A stretch of 64,000 nucleotides of DNA, from contig CP086569.2 in NCBI GenBank assembly GCA_009914755.4, positions 27,424,001 to 27,488,000 of the forward strand. The letters run 5' to 3'. Position 1 is the first letter of the stretch. Each line of letters begins with the position of its first letter. Source of the DNA: the human T2T-CHM13v2.0 reference genome, Homo sapiens. Under the pieces are notes generated by a model. The model searched no databases and was not told the origin of the DNA. It was given only the letters and a program-made list of their open reading frames with translations. A program made the position numbers and the translations under genes. Below, piece by piece: positions 14,032 to 25,929 of the stretch.

Positions 14032-15360
14032 TTTTGACTTGCATCACCTTTTATTACACAAAATAGATTTCAGCCACATTGCACATTCATTCTTGCTATA
14101 AATCTGGCTATAAAAAAATCCCTAGGGATTCAGTCTCATCGATTTCATGATTTTCCTTTCATTGATGTCATGCCTGTATTGTAGTCAGATTCCTCTCAAA
14201 GGACAAAAGCAGATGTGGCTGCCTTGGATCAGCTGCACACAGTGCACTCCGGGCCTGCCCGCTGGAGGCCCAGCTCCCACCATCACCTGGACCACGACTG
14301 CTAGGGACTGTCAAAGCGGCAGCATGCTATCGCCTTCTCCAGCCCTTCTCCAGCAGCACAACCAGTCCTCCCAGCTGGTCCTCTGAGGACCAGCCATCGT
14401 GGTGACATGGTGGCAATTTCCCCAGGCAGCTGATCATCCTAGGCTTCTCTTTGGGCAGGCCTAGGCCAGGGCCTTAGGGGATCTCTGAGTCCGTGGTATA
14501 AATCTGAATGAGATCAGACACAATATTGTCAATGATTGGTAAGGTCGTCACCAAACTCCTGCCACCACGGCTTCTCAGCCTCGACCTCAGCGGGCACCTC
14601 AACTCCGCAGACCTGCAGGGCCAGGTAGAGCACTGCCACGGTGATGTGCTGGGCCTGGAAGTGGAGGCACAGCCCCCCGTGGTAGGTGTCCTGCAGCAGG
14701 GCCCAGGCAGTGACGGCAACGGGGGTCCGCTGCCAGGTATGGCGGTTCAGCCAGTTCTTGAGGGAAACCAGGTAGTGGAGCAGGTACTTGTGTGGATGCT
14801 GGAAGGAGACTTGGAAGCGCAGAACTCTCAGCATGAGAAGCTGACACTGCACAATGCTGTCCCTAAGCTCCCAGAAGAGGGAGTCCAATTCCAGGGGCTC
14901 ATCGCTTGGGTTTAAGTACCTGTTGGACACATTGATGATGTCACGAGTCCGCAGGTGCTGCTCTTCCACTTTGCCGGCCAAGTAAATGGAAGACATGGTA
15001 ATCAGGTAAGGGTCACAGGCGTCCAGTCAGGTCTCGCAGAAGAATTTATGGTAAATGGTGCAAGCAGTGGCAATGGGAATGGACTGCACCCCTAGCTTGA
15101 CACTTGCCTCCATGATGAACCTCGCCGCTTGGAAGTGCACCCTGGATTCGGGCGCCGGCTGCCTCTCTGGGCACCGCGCTGCGGACCCCACTCCGCCGCC
15201 CTCCCAGGCTTCCATGAAGCTCCGGGGCTTCCAGGACACCCCGCTGCCCCTGCGAAAGGAAAGGCGGCCCCAGGGTGTGGAGGCCAGCAGAGCGCGGGGA
15301 GGCGGGTGCTCGCGGCATGCGCCCCGCCCTCGTCCCGTCCCGCAGGGCCCGCACCCTGGT
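14032..15360 (-). pseudogene. CCNQ: Processed (intronless) pseudogene, a retrocopy of cyclin Q (CCNQ, formerly FAM58A). The CDS-homologous part is 14474 to 15215.
   Basis: Minus-strand ORFs 15027..15365, 14529..14996 and 14474..14719 together translate to MEAWEGGG...[75 protein letters not shown]...[24 protein letters not shown]...[39 protein letters not shown]. This is colinear with the whole cyclin Q protein with no introns. There is an in-frame stop after FCET and a frameshift near DDLT(K)PIID. The GC-rich 5'UTR-like leader is retained. A short T-run lies at the 3' end on the plus strand, and the copy is flanked by a 14-bp TSD. Confidence 0.88.
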
Positions 15361-15374
15361 GGCATGTAACTTTT
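15361..15374. repeat. Target-site duplication (5'-side copy) of the CCNQ retrocopy: ggcatgtaactttt.
   Basis: An identical 14-mer occurs at 14018..14031. The two copies bracket exactly the mRNA-derived segment. Confidence 0.8.
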
Positions 15375-16562
15375 ATTGAGTCATGAACATCTTTGAGAAC
15401 CTCTCTAGAAAAATTTCCAAGCATAAATGCCATATTTAACTGCAGAATTGCCACCCACTGATGCCCATATAGACACACCTAAACCCAACTACCTCAGATG
15501 AAGAAGTGCTGCATTAGAAACAGAAGGAAAGTAAGCTCATTTGTACAGATGGCCCATCTCCACATCGTGTAATGAAATTTCAACACAGGAAATCAACAAA
15601 GGAAGTACAGACAGCAGGGGATCCAATCTTTTGGTTTCCCTGGGCCACAATGGAAGAAGAAGAATTATCTTGTGTGACACATGAAATACACTAACACTAA
15701 TGATAGCTGATGAGCTGAAAAAAAACTTGCAAAACATTTTCATAATGTTTTAAGAAAGTTTACGAATTTGTGTTGGGTCGCATTCAAAGCTGCCCTGGGT
15801 TGTGGGTTGGACAAGCTTGACATAGAGCATTATATTTGGAAATATAAAATCATAACTTTCAAACAATGGGTCGATAGTTTAGGTTTTGAATCTTAAAGTT
15901 CCAGTTGTCTTCTGAAGCTCAATAGTCGACACTATTGTACAAAAATTCTTTCTCAAATTAGTGCACACAGAGTTGCCTGAAATGGGAAAAAAAAATCCTC
16001 ATTAGCCTTTCCGCTCTGCAGTGTCTTCGTTTAACAGAAATTCTTTTAGTGATTTCCTCTCCCCTTTCAATAAAAACTAGAAGCCTCCCCAAAGCCCTGG
16101 CTAACCACCAGCTGTGTTCTCAGAAGAAGAAAATCTGTTGGTGAGAAGGGGAGGGAAGAAGACAGAAAAAAATAGCAAAATATATTGGTCTTCCCATAGA
16201 ATAACAAACTCTGCTCCTTCTTACCTGTGTGCAGTGAGGAATGAATCCATAGACAAGGAGTCAATCATTGTGAAACAACGACGGCACCTGGGCTGGGGCC
16301 TGCAGGGCCGCGGGCACATCTGTGTTGAGTTGCTACCATTTGACGGAGACAGAGTGGCAATTCGGAGAACATAACCTGGTCATTTGGTCTTCTATCTATT
16401 TATAAAAAAGGAATTATTTCTCTTTCAATGCTCCATCCAGAAAATAGTTACTTCACATTTAAAATAAAATATACATTCTATCCTTCGGGAATTTTATAAC
16501 TCTATGGTATTTTCTCTCCCTCCTGCTACTGGGTATTTTCCCGAAAAGATTTTAAACAGAAT

Positions 16563-16886
<324 letters not shown>

Positions 16887-16949
16887 TAAATAATAGCATG
16901 ATCCCATCCTTTACATTTACAAAGCATCCTGAAATTATGTCTTTAGCTA

Positions 16950-17137
16950 ATTACTAATATGCAACCTTGGTATGAGTAGATTCCAGTACTTGATATTTCT
17001 CCAAAGAAGATACACAAAAGCCAGCAAGTGCATGCAAAGATGCTTGATGTCACTAGTCATTAGGGAAGTGTAAATCAGAACCACTGCGAGATCCCATTTC
17101 ACACCCAGTGGGATGGCTGTTATTAAAAAACAAGTGG
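16950..17137 (+). mobile_element. L1 fragment from the ORF2 C-terminal region. It is the upstream piece of an L1 3' end that is interrupted by Alu insertions.
   Basis: Sequence gcatgcaaagatgcttgatgtcactagtcattagggaagtgtaaatcagaaccactgcgagatcccatttcacacccagtgggatggctgttattaaaaaacaag matches the L1 consensus ...catgaaaagatgctcaacatcactaatcatcagggaaatgcaaatcaaaaccacaatgagatatcacctcacacctgttaggatggctattatcaaaaag. Confidence 0.75.
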
Positions 17138-17469
17138 TGGCTGGGCAGAGTGGCTCATGCCTGCAATACCAGCCCCTTTGGGAGGCCAAGGCAAGCAGAT
17201 TGCTTGAGCTTGGGATTTGAGACCAGCCTGGGTCCATGGTGAAATGCTGTCTCTACAAAAAATTAGCTGGGTGTGGTGGTGTGGGCCTGTAGTCCCACCT
17301 ACTTGGAGGGCTGAGGCAGGAGGATGGCTTGAGACCCAGATGTCAGGGCTGCAGTGAGCCAAGATTGCACCACTCCATTCCAGCTTGGGTGACAAAGTGA
17401 TACACTGTCTCAAAAAATACCAACAACAAACAAAAACCAAACAGAGAAATAAAAAACAATAGGAAAAAA
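17138..17469 (+). mobile_element. Alu with an A-rich tail, inserted into the L1.
   Basis: Sequence ggctgggcagagtggctcatgcctgcaataccagcccctttgggaggccaaggcaagcagattgcttgagcttgggatttgagaccagcctgggtccatggtgaaatgctgtctctacaaaaaattagctgggtgtggtgg... Confidence 0.9.
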
Positions 17470-17470
17470 A

Positions 17471-17632
17471 GTGGTGGCATACCCCTGTAGTTCCAGCTAC
17501 TCTGGAGGCTGAGGTGGGAGGATTGCTTGGGCTCAGGAAGTCGAGGCTGTGGTGAGCTATGATTGCACCACTGCACTCCAGCCTAGATGACCAAGTGACA
17601 CCGTGTCTCAAAAACCAAAACAAACCAAAGAA
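17471..17632 (+). mobile_element. Alu right-arm fragment, in tandem with the preceding Alu.
   Basis: Sequence gtggtggcatacccctgtagttccagctactctggaggctgaggtgggaggattgcttgggctcaggaagtcgaggctgtggtgagctatgattgcaccactgcactccagcctagatgaccaagtgacaccgtgtctcaaaaacc. Confidence 0.85.
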
Positions 17633-18340
17633 AAGCTGGTTGACTTCAATCAATATAGAAAAAACCGGAATGATGAGTGTTGGTGAGGATGTAGAAAAAC
17701 TGGAATCCAGGTGCATTGGTGGTGGGAATGTAAAATGATGCAGCTGCTATGGAAGACAACATGGCAATTCCCAAAAAAAACTAAAGATAGAGTGACCATA
17801 TGATACAGCAATCCCACACTACACATATATCCAGAATTGAAAGCAGACTCAAACAGACACTTGCATACCAATGCTCATAGCTGCATTATTCACAATAGCC
17901 AAAGGACAGAAACAACCCAAGTGTCCACCGACAGATGAATGGATAAGCAAAATGTGGTCTATCCAGGCAATGGAATATTATTCAGCTTTAAAAAGAAGGG
18001 AAATTCTGACACATGCTTCAACGTAGATGGACGTTAAAAACATCATGTTAAGTGAAATAAGCCAGACATAAAGGGACAATGTCCTATTACTCCACTTATA
18101 TGAGATACTCAGAAAAGGCAAAGTCATAGAGACAGAAAGTAGAGTCGTGGTAGCAGGCACTGGGTGTAGGAGGGAATGTGGAGTTACTGTTTAATGGGTA
18201 CATAGTTTCTGTTTGGGCTGATGAAATAGTTTGAAGATGGTGATGGTTGCACAGAATTGTGAATGTAGCTAACAGCACTAAATTGTACACTTAAAAAAGG
18301 TTAAAATGGTAAATTTTATAATAAAGAAAATTAATTTCAG
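17633..18340 (+). mobile_element. L1 3' end (ORF2 C-terminus plus 3'UTR) of an old L1M/L1P-type subfamily. It continues the fragment at 16950..17137.
   Basis: Sequence ...gtgttggtgaggatgtagaaaaactggaatccaggtgcattggtggtgggaatgtaaaatgatgcagctgctatggaagacaacatggcaattccc...attattcacaatagccaaaggacagaaacaacccaagtgtccaccgacagatgaatggataagcaaaatgtggtctatccaggcaatggaatattattcagc...ggttaaaatggtaaattttat is collinear with the L1 3'-end consensus. Confidence 0.8.
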
Positions 18341-19688
18341 CAAAACATATTTAATAATTCACTTTTAAAAAATCAGTCCATGATTTTTAAGGCAGAAATC
18401 AAACTATGAGCTGGGAGATTGACCTGAAGAACTCCTGTATTCCCGCTGGTGCAGTCCTGAGTCAGGGCTCACAACTGCGGCAGCGCTTGCCTCTTTGCGC
18501 CTCCCCTCTCACTCAAGGAAACACAGATGTTCCTATTTCTTAGCCTTGGAAGAATGTGAGATTTCCGCATGTACACATAAAACCAGATGTTTAAAAAACA
18601 TATCTCTTTTCTCCAACTATGTTTGGATTTTGCATTAAAATATTCAAATACTCCGGCACTACACTGGGAAAAAATCCTTAGGATGTGACGATTTGCTGTA
18701 GAACTGATTGCATTTCACCTGTTTTAATTTTGAAGATATTGGAGAAATATTTTTGAAGTACATGTTAACAGTGTTGAGAAATCTCACAACTCAACATGAG
18801 AGACAAGACATGGGGAAGAATGTACTCAAGTGTAGCTGAGGTTAAACAGAGAAAGTGATAATAGGAGGAAAGATCTGAAAGTTTGGCTAATTTAAGCTCC
18901 CATCCATCAGAGGACTGACTTATCCTTCAAATAGAAAAAAGTTGAAAATCTTGACTTTCAATTCCTGAGGGAGGGAGTAAATGACGCTAAAAACAACCCT
19001 ATAAGGTATCAGAATGCTGACAAAGATATCAACTTAATTTCCATAAGTAACAATATTACCTAAATCTGATCCCAAAGGCCTAGAGCTGGCAAAGAGTGAA
19101 TAAAGTCTACCTCTTAAAATCTGATACACATCAACATAGCAAAAGGCATAAGGAAGCAACTCTCACTCTAGCAAAGAGCATCTCTGACATTTAAATGACA
19201 AATGCCCTATTACTTTTCTCTCTAAAATAATTCTACAACTATCAAGAACTCCTTGCTTAAAGGAGTTCCTCCTGAAGTATTAAAGAAAACATCAATTATT
19301 TTTCAGAAAAAGAGCTTATGAAAATAATTTCCAAGATGTTTTTCAACCTATGGATAAAGACTGGATTTGTCTTTAACCTCCATATTAATTGGTGATGATC
19401 ATAACATTGACTAAAAGATCCCTAACATGGGTTATTGGTAGTTACAGCTTCCATCCATTAGCAAGGCAGGCTGGAGTCTTCCTGTGCTCCTTCAGGGCGG
19501 CTCTCAGAGGACGAGGACTCACGCCAGGGAGGACGCCTGATGGTCTCTATCCCGGGAAGCTCACTTTACTAGAGTTTGAAATTGCAAACACATGCTTGGA
19601 AGATGAGGGAGAAACACTTAGAAAGATCCCAAAAACTTGACAGAAAAGCAGAATGGATCCCAGCCCCTCCAGGCATGGGCACTGCTAA

Positions 19689-19886
<198 letters not shown>

Positions 19887-20642
19887 TGAATACCATATAT
19901 TATGATAGGAGAACATTATAGTCACAAGATGTCAAATGCATTCTGGGAGACCTGAATTCTTGGGTTAGCAATAGTTTTGATCAGACTTTACCCATAGGTA
20001 ATATCTTTTGTGAAGACTGTTGTCTTATGGACCATATTCCTAGGGAAATACATAGGTATTTAGGAGGAAACATTTACCAACTCACATAGGAGGATAACCT
20101 GATAATGAACCCCAGGCTTCTATACATACAGTTTGTCCATACATAGAGTCAGCATTGTTAACTGTTCAATAATCACCTCTTCATTGCCTATTCCCGTCGT
20201 GCAAGTGGATATCTTAGATGTCAAGAGCAATAATTTACCCCTTCGATCTATATTAATCTTGAATATGCCCCTAGCTCCAGCAAACATTAAATTTTCAAAA
20301 CACCATTGTCATTTGTCTCCCCCAGAGGTGATACTCAAACATAAGGCCCCATCTGCAAAAACAACTAAAATATCTGCACTAGAGTTAGACGCTGACTACA
20401 CGCAATCTAGCACCTGCCAGAAGCCTCGTGAAAACACCTGATATTTAAGAAAAGTAGTCCAGTGGACCTGCCAGCTGTTCCCTCTTCCACGCTGTCCAGG
20501 TCATGTCCCTGCTAAATCTAATCACCTAAAAGCACAGGAGCAGGGCCCACACAGGACCCGGCAGGGATGCCTCCCTTCTTTATGTTTGGACCATCTGCTA
20601 GGTGAGCTTACTTCCAGGGAAATTGTAAATATATCACACTAT

Positions 20643-20657
20643 TCTTCTTCTTCTTCT

Positions 20658-20694
<37 letters not shown>
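20643..20694. repeat. Simple repeat, (TTC)n followed by poly(T). It is the tail of the reverse-oriented Alu.
   Basis: The run ttcttcttcttcttcttc is followed by about 35 t. Confidence 0.9.
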
Positions 20695-20695
<1 letters not shown>

Positions 20696-20977
20696 AGACG
20701 ATGTTTCGCTCTTGTCATCCAGGCTGGAGTGCAATGGTGCAATTTTGCCTCACTTCAAACTCTGCCCCCCAGTTTTAAGAGGTTCTCCTGTTGCAGCCTC
20801 TCCAGTAGCTGGGATTACAGGTGCCTGCCACCACACCCAGCTAATTTTTGTACTATTAGTACAGACGGGGTTTCACCATGTTGGCCAGGCTGGTCTCGAA
20901 TTCCTGACCTCACGGGATCTGCCCGTCTCAGCCTCCCAAAGTGCTCAGATTACAGGTGTGAGCCATTGTGCACGGCC
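20643..20977 (-). mobile_element. Full-length Alu in reverse orientation with a long poly(T), which is the poly(A) tail, preceded by a (TTC)n microsatellite.
   Basis: The run (ttc)6 plus about 35 t is followed by gagacgatgtttcgctcttgtcatccaggctggagtgcaatggtgcaattttgcctcacttcaaactctgcc ... cctcccaaagtgctcagattacaggtgtgagccattgtgcacggcc. Confidence 0.92.
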
Positions 20978-21861
20978 AATATATCACTCTTATCAGAAGA
21001 TGAAAGTTACATATCTCAAATGTTATCTTTTTGTCTGTCATTCCTTCTGGGAAACTCAGTTCCCAATGACAGGCCTAGCTCTTCCTGTTTGTCTGGAACT
21101 ATTGATGCCGTTTCCTCCTTTGTTCAGGTAAGTCAAATGGGTCTGACTGTCATGGCTTCCCCTTACTTAGAGCAAGTGGAAGTCTGGGTCCCACAACAGT
21201 GTAAATTTTCTCAGCTTCTAGGATGAAATTCGTATTTCATATCTTGTTCTAACTCTCTTTTCCTCTCCTGTATGCACGCAGCATGCACACCAAGCCATAC
21301 TGGAGCATCCTGACTCATCAGGTAAGCGCCATGGCCCTGGGTCACTGCTCCTCGGTACTCTGACTGGGCTTCTTCCTTCTCTTTAATCTGGAAAAGATGA
21401 TTTTTAAATCATTCCTTACATGAAGAGTGACTTCAGGCTTTAATGAAGAAAACAACATCAATGTTTATTAAAACCCAGGCAAAACCTAAAAACTGAGTCT
21501 AAGATGAATGGAAACTTAAAGTGACCATCAAAATATACTTATCTGATAAGAATTTGAACCAGGAAAGGCCAACTAAAGAGAAGTCTCTTTCAGTTGGGAT
21601 CAATATATTTTAGAATCAATAGTGAAAGAAATTTTTTTTGGTTGGGAGTTTATGTTGAACAAAAAATAATAATTACTTTAAATTTAGTAAATTATAGTTT
21701 ATAATTGTAACTGTGGGATAATCCTTACAATATACAAAGAATTAATAAACTGTTGTTTCTTTTCTTTCTTTTTTATTTTTTTTAGAAAGTTACAATAGTT
21801 TTCATTTCAGCTTGACTTTTATAGCAGGATGCCGAGGGTCAGGTTTTACAAAAATATATAA

Positions 21862-22200
<339 letters not shown>

Positions 22201-25200
22201 CTCTTAAACTTTTCATACTGAAATCACTCTTACAGTGCCAAGGCAAAGAGTGTGCAAGACACTGATGATGAAGACTGGATAGATAGGGATAGAAACACTT
22301 CATCAGGGAGGGATGTTTGAGGAAGGCTTACTGTGCAAGAACTGGTTCTTCGAAGAATATTCTCGTTTTATGACAAGGCTGCTACTCAACCTTATAGCCA
22401 TGGGGACTCTGAAAACAAAGGTTCTGGGAAATGGAAGCTGACTTTGAAAGCAGAGAGCAGGCATGATCTCTGCCTTACCTCTCCAACTATGTACTTCCCA
22501 CTGATGACCTTCAAAGCAACACACAGCGGCCTTGTCATCCAAAGGAAAGATATATTTTGCCTCAATGGGCACATGACTTTTATTTGTGTATGTCTGAAAT
22601 ACAATGACCTGAAGAAGAAAAAAATCCATACTTCTGATGAGACCACATGGACTACATTTGCAGGTACAAGGACAAATTCAAATGATTTTGCGTATTTATT
22701 TGAATTTCCTTGAATTTGTATCATGCCCCTCAAATTCCCAACCCTGGTGTCACTTTTGCAATGGAGAGCCAATGTCATGTGATAAAATGCACCAGTCCCA
22801 CGGTTAGGTGGTTCATTCATGTCCAACTGGAATAGAAGCCACCTGAAGTCTTACCAACACTGAATTAGCAGAGGCAATATAGCTGTTGTTAAGACAGCTG
22901 GAAAATCACCCCTTTCATGTTCTGAGCTTTGATGCCTCCTTCGTGCCATGTTGGCTGGAAACGATTCCAGAATAGTCCTTCTCTCCTATCGGCTCTCAGG
23001 ACTTGGCATTTCCTCCTGGGGACATCTCTGTGGCTTTCCCCCTCTCTACACAGCCCTCATCTAGCTCCTCATTTCTGTGTGCCTTGGTTCTTCCAGAATC
23101 AAGTTTTCTCCACTACTCTCTGTTATCTCTATTATCTAATTAATCTTTCCAACAGACTGTTTTCATCACTCCCTCACTCAGGAAAAGGCAGGAGGCTTTG
23201 AATATTTGAAAATTAAGAAAAAAAAAACCCCAGACATATAATAAACAGTAAGATATTAAACATGTGACAATAATAAGGCAAAAATATTTAATTATTTGTA
23301 ATCAATAATCCAGGGAAGAGACCAAATTGAAAAATTTAAAAAAAAATCTAACTTATTTGAAAACATTGTCCACACCTGGATTTTCTGCAAGCTTGGCTGT
23401 CCCTAGGGTGGGTAGGGTGCCAGGGAAAATTTTTCATGGAGTTCTTGTTAATATAAGAAATTTGAGTCTCCCCAAATCAGCAGGTCAGCATCCTCCTGGA
23501 GACAGAATCTTTTGCCATCCTGCAAATGAATACCTTGCTGGCCAGTGGGTAGGATTCCTGGAATCCCTGTCTGGCCAGCCACCCAAGATGAGGCGAAGGT
23601 GCATCCTGGAGTTTCTCAGTAATCTGGGCTACGCTGCCTGCAATGAATTGTTAGAGTGTGCCTGGTGGGGAGACACCAGGACTGGGGACCACCTAGCACT
23701 GACTGGGAGGATGTCAGACACTGTCCCCTTGACTGTGCATGGAACTCCTTCTCATCCTCTCTTGGATTTACTCAGTTTTACAAAACCCTCAAAGGCATGT
23801 ATGCTTGCTCTGAGTTTGATGATCAGGACAACTATCTAATTGTACTTGGTGTAGACTAATGTTTCTTCCTACTCAGTAGCCTTCCTGCCTGTTCTAGTTA
23901 GCAGGTCCGCCTTTGCAAAGGAGTCCCCAGGAGGCCAAATATCACGCCTGTGTCAGCCACACTCTTTTTTGTATATCACACTGTGTGGCTGGGCACTTAC
24001 AAAGGTCAATAATTTTAGACTATAATAAAAGTATTTTTACCAGGCCTTAGAACAGAAACTAATATAATGTAACAAATTTTGACATCTTAATTTTCTTCCA
24101 TTAGATAAAACCATGATGTAACTAAGCTTAACATCTTTAATCTCTTCCAAGAAGGGTCAAAATGTATGAGCCATGCACATATAAGAATCTACATTCCAGC
24201 CTCTGCTTGGATACTCAAGCTCGGTCTACAGTCCGGCTGTTTCATCATAAAATGAGTGAGAAATTCACTGCTAAATTGAAAGTTATTTTGGGGCAAACTT
24301 CCCCAGGGAACAGGCCCCTTTGGGTTTGAAATATCAAATGGTACAAGTCATCTAATCACAAGTAAGGCATGGAGGACACATGCCTACCCTGTAACCTCGT
24401 TATAATTTGTTTTGCAGGTAAGGACAATCCCTAAGTTCTTTATATTTATTAGATGGAATAGCCACAACACTGATGGGCAGATATTATTATTTCCATTTTA
24501 CTCATGAGGAAAGTGACACAAAGAAGTTAAGTTACTTTCCCAAACTCACAGCACTAGAAAGAATAAGCAAGAATTCAAAGCTAAGCCTTACAAATTCCAG
24601 ATCCTTTGCTTTGTATAATCTACCATGCTGCACTATGGTGTACTGGTTAAGAATCTGGACGTTGGAATCAGAATGATTTGAGTCTGAGAGAATTAAGTAC
24701 TGCATGTGGAAAACTCGGCTGAGGGCCTGACACTTAGGAAATGGTAACCATTATGTTAACAGATCCTAAGTGGTGCCAAAGGGATTGGCGGAAATGGAAC
24801 ATGTCCCATGAGCCCACACCTGTGTCCTTTCAAATTCTATGATGTTGCTCTGAGCTGCCTTGAGGATGTGCGTATGGGTAAGAGTGGGCCCAGGGGTGGA
24901 GGTCAGCTGTATCCAAACTGTTCTTCTCACCCGACACCCCATATCTCCAGTTTAAGGCGATCACTAAAATGGAACTAATTTTCCCCTACAGGGACCAGAA
25001 CATCATGGAACTGTACTTGAATGTTCTTAATCTCCTAAAAGGCCTTTATCATTGTTCAATGCAATCTTCAGAGTCAGAAGCTGATGATGAGGCCAAATCT
25101 TAGCAAACCAATTCAATTTTATGAAACCAAAAACTTAACTTTCCAAGCTCTTACCACTGCATCTGGCCACCTGGAACCCCTGAAACGCTGCCTTCCATCC

Positions 25201-25391
25201 TGTGAAGGTGGATGATGAACCTGCTGCGAGCTCCTGGCTGTGGCCCCAGCACCCACATTAGATAACCCTCCTGTGATGCTTGTTTTCGCTTTGACCAGTT
25301 CTTACTCACTTGGTATTTAATGCTCTTTCTGAGCTTCAGAGCAGATAATTTAATAAGTTGGGGTTTACTCCTTCTCTTTCAACACCCGGAG

Positions 25392-25730
25392 TTATTATTA
25401 TTATCATTATTTTTTGAGACAGGGTCTCATTCTATCACCCAGGTTGGAGTGCAGTGGTGTGGTCTTGGCTCATTGCAACCTCTGCCTCTTCCAACCTGCC
25501 CTCCTGTGACTTTGTCCATTCTAGTAATGGCAAGACATCCTCCCATCTCAACCTCTCAAGTAGTTGGGACTACAGGTCCACCCCACTGCGCTGAGCCAAT
25601 TTTTGTAGAGATGGGGTTTCTCTATGTTCCCCAGGCTGGCCTTTAACTCCTGAATTCAAGCAATCTTAATGTCATGGCCTCCCTTCCAAAGTCCTGGGAT
25701 TACAGGCATGAAACACCACACCTGCCCACC
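25392..25730 (-). mobile_element. Alu in reverse orientation with an internal insertion or rearrangement. It is the last interspersed repeat before the satellite, which begins about 200 bp downstream.
   Basis: Sequence ttttttgagacagggtctcattctatcacccaggttggagtgcagtggtgtggtcttggctcattgcaacctctgcc ... aagtcctgggattacaggcatgaaacaccacacctgcccacc. Confidence 0.88.
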
Positions 25731-25929
25731 AACCTGGTATATATGATAGCAAAATGTGTATATTTTAGAAGCTAACAAATATTTGGGAGAACAGTAGAAT
25801 TCATCTATCTTTGGGAAGAAAGTGCTTTGATCACTGTCTGGCAAAACATAACGGCGATATACATGTTTATTACATAGAAATTGATGTATATTCAAACATA
25901 TATATTTTATGTATATCTACCATACATAA

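Noticed and set aside
14147-14386. 79-aa plus-strand ORF.
   Set aside because: It lies antisense within the 3'UTR-derived part of the CCNQ retrocopy and is a chance ORF.
17123-17716. 197-aa minus-strand ORF.
   Set aside because: It spans the two Alus and the L1 junction, so it is repeat-derived.
20693-21226. 177-aa and 139-aa plus-strand ORFs.
   Set aside because: They start inside the reverse-oriented Alu (20643..20977) and are Alu-encoded read-through with no domain-like sequence.
23327-23839. 170-aa plus-strand ORF (MKNLKKNLTYLKTL...).
   Set aside because: It has no recognisable domain and an ordinary intergenic composition. The underlying DNA looks like an uncharacterised old repeat or unique intergenic sequence. 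One or two stop-free stretches of this size are expected by chance in 25 kb of non-coding DNA.
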